Assembly (NCBI GenBank): GCA_050613775.1
Contig: JBODTK010000013.1
Coordinates: 186,001 to 250,000, forward strand
From: Neocallimastix sp. 'constans'
Taxonomy: Eukaryota
Reading direction: 5' to 3'
Length of the DNA: 64,000 nt
This document shows, piece by piece, positions 53,268 to 64,000 of this stretch. Each line of letters starts with the position of its first letter. Positions within the stretch are counted from its first letter, which is position 1. The notes beneath the pieces are model-generated. The model was not told the origin of the DNA. It searched no databases and was given only the letters and a program-made list of their open reading frames with translations. The position numbers and the translations under genes were made by a program.

Positions 53268-55715
53268 ACATTTCGACATAATTTATGTTTAATCATTTAT
53301 TCATGTATTACAATGTGGCTTATAAAAATAAATGAAAAGGATAGGGTTAAATTTTTAATAATAAAGTAAAATAAAAATAAAAAAAAAATAAATAATAAAG
53401 TAAAAAAATAAAAATAAAAAGTAAAAATATAAAATAAAAAATATAGATTAAAACAAAAAAATTAAAAAATAAAACTTTTAATTTAAAATAAAATAAAAAA
53501 AAAAAAAAAAAAAAAAAAGAATAAAAATATAATATAAAAAAAATAGATTAAAATAAAAATAATAAAAAATAAATAATAAAGTAAAATAAAAATAAAAAAA
53601 AAATAAATAATAAAGTAAAATAAAAAATAAAAGAAAAAAAAAATAAAGATATAAGATAAAAAATATAGATTAAAACAAAAAAATTAAAAAATAAAACTTT
53701 TAATTTAAAATAAAAAAAAAAAAAAAGAAAAAAAGATTAAAAATATAAGATAAAAAAGAAAGATTAAAAAAAAAATTAAAAAATAAAACTTTTAATTTAA
53801 AATATTTATAATAAATGGATGATCAATTAGAAATAAGTGAAACTAATAAAGAAAAAAACCAAATCATTGTAAACAAAAAATATAAATTTAATTTATGCTA
53901 TATAACGAATAGTACAAAAGTATTCAAATGTACTGAATATAAAACCGTTAAAAAATGTAAATCATACATTATTTTAAATGATAATAATAAAGTAATAAAA
54001 TATGAAAACAAACATACTCATCCAGGAAAAGAATATGATGCATCTGTATCAATAGTAAAACATAAAATAAAAAATGAAATTAGAAAAACCTCAATCCCAA
54101 TTGATATAAATCAAAAACATATATATAATGAAATATCTGAAGAAATTGGATTGATATGCCCTGAATATAATTCAATTAAATCTCAAATATCAAGATATAT
54201 AAAAAAACAACTACCTCCTGATATATCAAAATTTAATGAAATTCCAGATGAATCTGAATATTATATAAACGAAAGAGATGAAAATTTTATGATATTCAAA
54301 AATTCTAATATTATAATTTTTCAATCACCATTCCAAACAGAATTGTTTATTAAATACAACGAAAATATGTTTGCTGATGGTACATTTTATATTGCACCAA
54401 TATTTGGTTATCAAGTGTTTATAACAAGAATATATGCTCCAGAAATAAAAAGTTTTTACACTACATTACTATCTGTATTAAATAATAAAGAACAAGCAAC
54501 CTATGAACTGTTATTTGAAGAATTAAAAAAGAATGCAAGTAAATATAATAATAATATTATAGTTACACCAAAAATTTTGCATTGTGATTTTGAAAAAGGT
54601 ATATCCAATGCTGCCATTAAAATATTTCCTAATATTACTATTAAATATTGTGTATGGCATTATAAAAGATCGTTAGAAGTTCAAAAAAAAAATAATTATG
54701 TTATAATGAAGTTGAAAGTAATCATAAAATTTATTTGTTTTATAAAGCTATTACAAATTTTCCTTTTATAAATCCTGAATATATATTTGATATTTATAAT
54801 TATATTAAAATTATATGTCAAATATATAATTATTTCCATTTTTTAAATTTTTTGGAATATTTTAATAAGACATATTTATATAAATATGATATTCAATATT
54901 GGAATTATTATAACGATATAAACCACATAACAAATAATACTTCAGAATTTTTTAACAATTACTTAAAAAAATTGTTTTACAAAAAACCTTCTTTCTATGA
55001 ATTGATTTATCATTTAAAAAGAGAAGAATCTTTATCTTACAATAATTGCAAAAGGAAAATTGAAGGAGTTTGGAAAAAAAAAAGAATATTAATAAAAACT
55101 GATGAAATCAATGATTTAATTAAAAAATACAAAAAAAAGGAATCCGAATTAATTGATAAAAAATGTGATAAAAATGATATCATTGATTTATGGTATAAAT
55201 GTTTATTAGAATTAAACAAGCTCTAAATTTATAAATAATAATAATTAACTAGAACATATAAAGTTTAAATTATATTAATATCAATATCAATATATTTTAT
55301 TAATATCAATATCATTATATTTTATTAATATCAATATCATTATATTTTATTAATATCAATATCAATATTTAAATTTTATTAATAATAAATATTAATAACT
55401 ATTTAATATTAAAATAAATTTTATTTTATTATTTAATTAATTTAATAATAAAATATTAAATATTTAATAATAAAATATAATAATAAAATGAAAATTAAAT
55501 AATTGAAAATAAATACAAATAAAATAAAATTCTTAACAGAAAACTTATTTATTCTTTTATTTATTATTTTTTTTAGTTTTTATTTTATTTTTTTAATGCT
55601 AAAATACAATAAATAAAAATATACGTTGAAAGTTGTGGCGTATTATATAATTTATACGCATTGTACAAATATTTATGCTGATTATACATAAATTATGTCG
55701 AAATGCTTCACATCC
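53268..55715 (+). mobile_element. MULE DNA transposon, copy 2 (outer bases of left TIR missing)
   Basis: CATTTCGACATAATTTATG at 53269 and ...TATGTCGAAATGCTTCACATCC ending 55715, as in copy 1. Confidence 0.9.
53815..55226 (+). pseudogene. MULE transposase, complete apart from one frameshift near 54690
   Basis: ORFs 53815-54771 and 54735-55226 join at an A-run that is 2 nt longer (net) than in copy 1. D(GTF), D(FE), CxWH and TNNTSE motifs are present. Confidence 0.88.
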
Positions 55716-56549
55716 GTAAACATAAATTTATTAAATATCACGTTATTTTAAATCATACTATAAATCAGGTGATAATTAATCAAGTGATAATTTAATGCTT
55801 ATTAATTTATTTTTATGTAATTATTAACAAAAATTTATTAATAATTAAAGTTTTTATTTTCATTTTATATTACAACATATTGAACATTAAATTTATATCA
55901 TTATAATAATTTATATTACATAATTTATATTATTATTTATATTTTATTTATATTATATTATATTTATGATATATATATTCTTATTCAATTATAATTATTA
56001 TTTAAAATTATTAATGTTTATATAATTGATATATAAGTTTATATTATTTATATTTTATTCATATTAAAATATATACTATTAAATATTTAAATAAATAAAA
56101 TATAATAATTAATAAAAAATAAATATAGAGTATTGATATGAAATAGAAATAAAAACTCTAATTAATAATATATATTTATGTTAATTAAGAAATGTAGTAG
56201 AAGCAAAAATTTATGTATTAATCTAGTTTTTATTGTATTTATATTAGAAATTAATTTATTATTTAATTTAACCATTAATGAAAGTAAATTAATATTAATA
56301 CTTTACTATAGGAAAACTTTATTATAGTAAATAATTATAAAAAGAGAAAAATACTTAGATATAGTTTAAGTTCTCTATCCAAGAATAATAAATAGTAGAT
56401 TATAGTAAATTTTGGGATCAAAAAATGAAAATAAATATTAATTTTACGAAATAAATGTTAGTTAACATTTTAAATAATAATAAATAAATGAAATTCTTTT
56501 AAATAAATAAAATCAAAATATTGCCAATTTTACTTTTATATACAGAAAA

Positions 56550-57130
56550 ATGGATGAATGTCTACCGACGGAATATGCAGAGCAGATCACTATCAAGGAC
56601 TACCTTAATTCTTTGGAAATATTAAAAGAAATTACGGAAAATGATGGATTGGGAAAATTCAGGTATGTCATTTAGGAAAACGTTGGAAAGTATGAAAGTA
56701 TTTGTAACATCTTTTACCGATATGATTATCAATATCAAAAATCTATATGAAGGAACGGAATTCGATCCTACTAGGCCCTTTAATGAAGAAATTGAACTAA
56801 CTGACTCAAAGATATGTAGTAAAGAAATGAACAAGGATAACAAAAAAGAATAGAAACAACTCAGAAATAAATGAATTAGAAGAAAATAATTCCACTAAAC
56901 GAAAAATTGATGAAGAAGAAATAAGTAGACCCTATAAGAAGATTGGAACTAATACTACATGGAAAAAGTTAAAGATTAATAAGAAGCCCAGAACTATTAG
57001 AAAACGCAAAATAAATGATAGTTATAAAAATAATAAAGATAATCAAGATAAAGGAATTATTAAATGGAAGTATATCATTACGGAGTATGAAAAATATAAT
57101 TCTTGTGACTGACAATCAATTCAAATCGGT
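56550..57130 (+). mobile_element. Probable gypsy-type relic (gag-like plus integrase scrap)
   Basis: ITIKDYLNSL resembles LSVYDYENSI at ~49180 in the gypsy gag region; LVTDNQF occurs near 57105. Confidence 0.35.
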
Positions 57131-58786
57131 GATTCAAATTAATTTTTAAACATTAATTTTTCTATTTTCATTTGAATTGTTGCATTAAAATTTTTTAATA
57201 TAATTTTATACTTATTTTTTAATTACAATTTTATAATATATATTCTTCTTAAAATTATATTAATGTAACAATTATTTATATTAAAACTTAAAATTTAATT
57301 ATCAAATGAATTTTAACAAATATAAAAAATATTAATGTTTTATTATTTTAATATTTTTATATTAATACAATGATTAAGAAAAGTAATTTTTATAATATTA
57401 ATTATATTAAATATATCCCATAATAAATTTAATAAATTTTAATAAATATTTATTATTTTATTTAATAAAGATTATTAATTATTTTTTATTTTAATAAAAA
57501 TTAACTTTTATTCTTTACATAACGGTGGGACAACAGAGGTAATTATTAAAATTTATTATAGTAAAAATATATTTGATTATGTTTATTTATCTTTATTAAG
57601 TAATTTTTATTTTTGAAAGAGAGAGTTTTTAATTATTTTATTTTCATAATTTCTTAAATATTTAATATTCTATCAATTTGATTTGTTAGTACTAAAAATT
57701 TTTAATTTAATTGATTTCAAATTTATATATAAAAATATTATAAATCATTAATATAAATTATTATAAAATATAAATATAAATTATTACAAGATTTTAATAT
57801 AAAACTATTATAGAATATTAATATAAAACTATTATAAAATATTAATATAAAACTATAATAAAATATTGATATAAGATTATTATAAAATATTAATATAAAT
57901 TATTATAAAGTATTGTTTACAAATATTATAGTCTTTTTAGTATATAATTGAATATTTAATTATTATTTATTTTTTTCATTGTCACGTAACATGTAAAAGG
58001 TAAGTTTATTATTAACTAAAATAACGAATAATAACTAATTTTAAAGGCTAAGATAATTCAACACCTCTCTATTTAAGTTGTTCATAATAAACACTAAAAT
58101 TAATTATAATTATTTATCTCTAATACTCTAGAATATAGCGCATCACTTTATAACTCTATTTGTTATTAGTTACTGGGCTTACACAGGGTAAATTAATTTA
58201 TTTAATAATTAAATTTTTATTTATAAATATTAATATTTATTTTAACAATTTACGTTAATAGTAATGCTAGTGCGTTACAGTTACAAGTCCAGTTATTTTT
58301 TATACATGTTAATAATATTATGATTGGTAAATAATTTAATTTAACTTAGTTTACTAATCAAATAAAAATATATTTAACTAAATATTTAACTATAACAATA
58401 AACTATAGAATAATAAAATTTAATGTACGAAATTTAAGAAAAGATTTTATTTGATTAGCTGAAATTGCTAACTGTTTAAAGATACGTTACGTAACCAAAG
58501 AACTATCATTGGATAGGCTTGAAGTTACCATGTATCTGTTACATAACAACAGATCAAAGAAATGAATGATATATCATAGTGACTAATATTTATAATTTAT
58601 AGGTAATTTCGCAAGTTTAAATCCTAACATTTAAAATAAAAAATTTATTGTTTTTATTAATTTATTAATTTTAAAATATTTTAATATAAAATTTATTTGA
58701 TTGGTTTAAATTATAAAAATTTATTTCATAAAAATTTAATTAATTAATTGAAAAAATGTATAAATATCTCAAAAATTTCATATAAA

Positions 58787-59220
58787 TTTTAGAAATATAA
58801 ATAAAGTTTTATAATTAGATTAATTTAAGGAGTAATGTTATATATTTTAATATTTCTGTGTAAGATATATGATAGGTAATAATAATAAGCCGTATATTAT
58901 GTCAACTATAAATACCACAAAAAGGTATAATTTTATAAATTGACATCATTCTAATTTTTAACATAATAAAGATATTTTTATTTTTAAAATAAACAATAAT
59001 AATAATAATATCAATAATAAAATTATTATTAAACACTAAAAAATATTAATAAAATTAGATATATTTTTATTATAATATATTATATATAATATTTAATATT
59101 TAATTTTATTTATCTTTATTTTTATGGTTATAAAAGTATATGGGTTATTTATTAAAGTTATATTTAATTTCTTTTTTATATATAATTTAAATATAACAAT
59201 ATTCTGATTGGGTAAATTTT
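58787..59220. mobile_element. Diverged solo LTR-A-like copy (+, ~58787-58989) and partial LTR-B (-, ~59040-59220)
   Basis: taatttaaggag...aataataataagccgtatattatgtcaactataaata matches A; aatattctgattgggtaaatt is the reverse complement of B. Confidence 0.6.
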
Positions 59221-59286
59221 ATTTGTTAAAAATAATGATTGGTCATATTATAAATAAATGAAAATAAAAATATAAATTAAAATAAA

Positions 59287-59427
59287 TGTTAGAATATAAA
59301 AAATAAATATTTAATTACTTTAATATAATTTACCCAATCAGAATATTATTATATTTAAATAAAATATATAAAAGAAATAAAATGTAACTTTGATAAATAA
59401 CACACATACTTTTATAATTACAAAAAA
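59287..59427 (+). mobile_element. 5' part of an LTR-B interrupted by element A
   Basis: TGTTAGAATATAAAA...TTTACCCAATCAGAATATT matches the other B LTRs and stops at the TG of LTR-A. Confidence 0.8.
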
Positions 59428-60290
59428 TGTTAAAAATATAAATATAAAATTTTATAATTATATTAATTTAAGGAGAAATGACATATATTTTAATATATTC
59501 ATGTAAAATAATAATAATAAGTTACATATTATGCTAACTATAAATAACATAAAAATGTACATTATTACTTTTAACACGATTCTAATATTTTCATATAATG
59601 GAGATTCTTATTTCTAAAAGATTAAGAGTCTCAGTCTTACCAGATTGAGCAAAGATATGAAAGTTAAGTATCCAATATAATAAAATTAAATATAAAAATA
59701 TAACTATCTAATTTTAAATTATTTTACATTATTATAAAATTAATTATTTCAATAAAACATTTTTTTTACTACAATCAAATCTAAAATAAATATATTAAAA
59801 TTACAAATTATAATTTATATAAGCTTGAAAATATAATTTATATTATAGAAGTATTTATTAATAATATATATATATCGAGCTAAAAACATTAGTCAACCGA
59901 TATGAAAAATAATATATATATTTTAAAAATAATATACATATCGAGCTGAAAAGATATTATAGTTAGCCGATATTATAAAAAAATAAAAATAAAAATAAAT
60001 AAAAATAACAATAAAATAAAATTAATATCATCAAGATGAAAAATTATTAGTCAACTGATGATATTAATATTAAATAAAATAAAATTAATGTCATCAAGAT
60101 GAAAAATTAATAGTCAACTGATGATATTAAAGTAAATTTGAAATTAAAAAATTAATATTAATATAAAAAGTAAAATTTAATTAAAAAATAATACTAAAAA
60201 AAATTAATAACTAGTATTTTTTTATTAAATAAAATTATAAATAAATAATGTTATACATATTTTATTAAATACATTAAGACGATATTATGG
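59428..60290 (+). mobile_element. Second copy of the family A 5' end (LTR 59428-59619, PBS 59620-59650, leader)
   Basis: Colinear with 10388-11226 until interrupted at 60291. Confidence 0.88.
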
Positions 60291-62100
60291 TGTCAAATAA
60301 TATAAAATTAATGTAAATTAAAATAAGTTATTCTACCAATAATATTTAAATAAGCACTTATATAAAGTAAAAATTGTATAACAAAATAAAAACCATCTTA
60401 AATTATTAACAATAAAATATTTTAATGTGTTGTTCTCATTTATTGTGTTTAATAGATTAAGAGTCTCATTGACTTTTTTAATAAAGAATTAAATAAGAAT
60501 TAAATAAATATATATACATCTTTTAATAAGTGAAACTAATAACATTAAAAGATAGTGCTGAATATTGTTAAATACATAAATAAATATTTTAATTTCATTA
60601 TACATGGTGCTAAATAAATTGGCAATTCATAGATTCACTGAACTAATTTAAATAAACAACATAGTAATATGTAAGAATTATAAATTAACCAATATTTTAA
60701 TTATATTATAAATTATATTGAATGAAATGGCAATACATGGATTCATGGAACTAATTTGAATAAACAATAAATTAATACGTAAGAATATAAATTATCCAAT
60801 AAAAATATTAAACTTCATTTTTTTTTTATTTCCTCCCCAATCAATATTTATTATTAAAAAAAAAAAAAAAAAAAAAATATATATATATAATTATTTTGAT
60901 TGGTTCAAAATAATTATTATATATCAAAAAATAACAATATAATATTGAAATTAATTAAACACAATACTGAAAATAATAACATTATATGTATAACCTTGAA
61001 TTGCTCAATAATAATTTTTTTTTCAGTTCTTCAAATACATCTTAATAATATTCATTATATTTGTAATAAAATTATTTTTCTTTTCAAAAAAAAAAAAAAA
61101 ATCACAACATCTAAGAAGTCAAAACAAAATGAGAAGACGTCAAACATCAAACCAAGCGATCCTTGTTAGTGAAAACGAACAGCCAATCCCAAAAAGAATC
61201 AATTTTACTTATTCTGAAAATTTTAACAGGTTAGTTGAATTAACTACAGAAAACTACCCAGATTGGAGAACTAATATTCTTTATCTACTAATGATCAATA
61301 ACCTCGAAAGTTATGCCTTAATAAGAAAGGTAAAAAACTTAGGAGAAGAGAATATCAAAGATGATCCTGATGATTACTTAACTGACCAATTTGACCCAAG
61401 CCTGGTATATGACAAAGAAACAAGCCTCCTGGATATTAAAAGTGACGTTATGGTAAAGTGGATCATCATAAATAGTCTAGGCGAAGAAACAAGAAAAATT
61501 ATAACAACTCAAGGAAAAACTGCCTTTGAAACATGGAAGACACTAGAAAAATCCTTTACCGTTAGTCACGAGAGAAGACGTATGGAAATCAAAAAGAAAT
61601 TAAATTCTCTCAAATAAGAACAAGATATAAATATATTCATAGCTACTCTGCAGAACTTGATCGATGAACTCGAAAACATCGATCACGACATGGAACCTAG
61701 TACTAAAGCGGGAATACTCGATAATAGAGCACTCCCTGAAAACTTGAGATTCATTAACGTATTCCAATACAAACATGTTTGGAACAAACTCTGCGAATAC
61801 GTGAAGAATGTTATCCCCGATATCGTCTTTTCCAATTTAAAAGAATCATTAAAATCTGAGGAATCCACAAAACAAATATTTTTGACTACCTCAAATTCAA
61901 GTACAAATAAAAAACACTTTTCATCCCAATGAAAAAGAACATATAGAAATGGAAAATGTTATCTATGTAATTCGGAGATTATGCCAAGGAGTGTAGGAAA
62001 TTCAACAAACCCATCAGATTCAATTTAACAAAAAATAAGAAATTTAAAATTCAATCAAAAAATAATAACAAATATCACAAACATTCAAAAATTAATTATA
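60291..62100 (+). mobile_element. Copia family D 5' portion: LTR 60291-60454, PBS 60455-60468, gag from 61129
   Basis: TGTCAAAT...GTGTTTAATA then GATTAAGAGTCTCA. Gag (INFTYSENFNRLVELTTENY, KTAFETWKTLEKSFT, LPENLRFINVFQYK) is homologous to B gag and is broken by a stop at 61615-61617. Confidence 0.82.
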
Positions 62101-62488
62101 TTCTTAATATTATTTAGAAGCTAATATAGAGAAGCGAAGACACAAAAGTCTAAAAGGTCAACCCGGTTCAATATGGACTCCGGCTTTTAGAAAAAGAAAA
62201 AAAATATACAAATTACCAATACCAATATTGAACATACACCTACACCTAAGGTTAAGGCTACCAATCCAGTTTAATTCGTCTATTTAACAAATAATACTTG
62301 GATAAGTTACCTAATCAAAATGAAACTATAGGAATTAGTTATGGAAAAATTCTTTTGAATACAAAAAATGATGATTATTCTAAAGGAATAATAATTCAAG
62401 TTCCTGTTATTATTGAAGCCCTTATATTTGAAGTAATTTATTATTTAAATCAAAATTACATTTTATTTTTTTTATTTATTTTTATTCG

Positions 62489-63787
62489 AATATAATAATA
62501 TTCTGATTAGGTAAATTATATTAAAGTCATTATTAAATATTTATTTTTTTTATATTCTAAAATTCCTCCTAAAATATTACAATCTTTAAATGTAATACTT
62601 TTTATTTATATTATTTTAATTAAAGTATAATTCATCAATTTTGGTTAATAAAGAATTTCTGTATTTATCCATTATTGTTCCGTTTAAATACTATGTAAAT
62701 CCATCAGCGAGATTATTTTCAGATTTTATATATTTAAGATATATTTTATTTTCTTTGACTATTTCTCTAATGTAATGAACCCTAATATCTACATGTTTAG
62801 TTTTTGGGTTGATAGACTGATTTTTAGCATTATAAGTAACTGCTTTATTATCAACATTTACCTCAATAATTTTAATATTAATATTCAATTCTTCGAATAA
62901 ATTTAAGCACTATATATATTGCTTACCAATTTCACTAAGACTGTAATGTTCGGACTCGGCTGTTTAAGTCGATATGAAATTTTGTAATTTTAAATACCAG
63001 TTGGTGTACTACCAAATGTTAAAAATCCAGTTGTTGAACTTCTAGTTTCCAAATAACTTCTGTAATTCAAATCGACATATACTTTAATATTTTGATTAGT
63101 TGTGAAATTTATTCCATATTTTTTAATGCCTTTTAAGTATCTTAATATTCTTATTACCTTATTTCAGTCTTCCATATTTGGTTCTTTTGCTCTTCTAGCT
63201 GCTTTTGATACAGGGAAAATAATGTCGTGTCTAGTACATATACTGAGATATAATAAATTTCTGATTATACTTCGATATTTTGTCTCATCAACTTTTATCT
63301 TCTGTAATACTTTTGATAATTTGTGTTTTTCGTTACTTGAATTTGATATGAAGGTTTCATCTCTATTTCTTTTTTCTTAATATATAGGAGATTCTATGTT
63401 GAACAGTTCATTATTCATTAAGTTATTGATATTTTGTTGTTCATTGTTGTTATTTTTATTTTTATTTTAATTATAACTGACGGTATTTTAATTATCTGGA
63501 TTATTTTTATTGTTTTCAGTGATCATATTGTTGTTTTAATTAATATTATTATTTGTTTTGTTATTATTGCTGTTGATGGTGTGTTGTTATTAGTGTTATT
63601 TTTATTATTATTATTATTCGTGTTATTGATATTATTATTGTTGTTGTTAATGTTATTATCTTGAGATTATATTTTGTTATTATAATTTTTATTGTAATAA
63701 TTATCAATATTTTTGGTGTTGTTATTATTGTTTCTTCTCTTGTTATATTTTCTATTATTTTTCATTTAATTGTTTTAACTTAGTATA
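62489..63787 (-). mobile_element. 3' portion of a third copia B copy (linker, RT end, RNase H, PPT, partial 3' LTR)
   Basis: KTKHVDIRVHYIRE...ENNLADGFT; PPT (TTCCTCCT on +) at 62563-62570; LTR fragment 62562-62489; most of RT is deleted near 63300. Confidence 0.88.
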
Positions 63788-64000
63788 TGTAAAGATTTAA
63801 TAAATCTTTAATACATTAAATAGCTTAATTTTTCGTACAATTAATTTATTTAATGTATATGAATTATTTTTTAATATAAAATTTATTTATATTAAATTTA
63901 ATTATTTTTTAAATTGAAAATATTTTTTTGATTAGTTTAGTTAACTTAATTTAGTTTTAAATAGTTAAATATTAATTTAGGAATAATCTTAAATAGTTAA
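63788..64000 (+). mobile_element. LTR family E inserted in the copia B linker, running off the right edge
   Basis: Near-identical to 17845 onward (TGTAAAGATTTAATAAATCTTTAATACATTAAATAGC). Confidence 0.88.

Noticed and set aside
62110..62440. GC-richer segment and ORF 62298-62495
   Set aside because: No recognisable motif; probably another TE scrap and cannot be assigned.

Overview
Extremely AT-rich eukaryotic DNA; composition and gene content point to an anaerobic gut fungus (Neocallimastigomycota; inference). Only two host genes look intact, and both are Cys-repeat 'scaffoldin-type' surface proteins arranged tail-to-tail about 32 kb apart. One is a 3' fragment at the left edge (2-805, +). 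The other is a ~3140-aa gene on the minus strand, for which I reconstruct two small upstream exons encoding a signal peptide (join 44226-44204, 43117-43062, 42075-32732). Nearly everything else is nested transposon debris: four families of short-LTR Ty1/copia elements (labelled A-D here), solo LTRs of a fifth family (E), Ty3/gypsy and LINE relics, two Mutator (MULE) copies and non-autonomous TIR elements. Highlights: (1) all four copia LTR families share a primer-binding site complementary to the 5' half of tRNA-Lys(CUU); (2) one structurally complete LTR element (10388-16282; paired LTRs, PBS, PPT, TSD) has no gag/pol but encloses a decayed PL4 rhamnogalacturonan lyase gene; (3) the large scaffoldin has recurring dibasic, Kex2-like sites inside Cys-bounded loops; (4) an unexplained structured island at 9745-10355 contains an 11-nt telomere-repeat motif. 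All family assignments come from motif recognition by eye; no searches were run.
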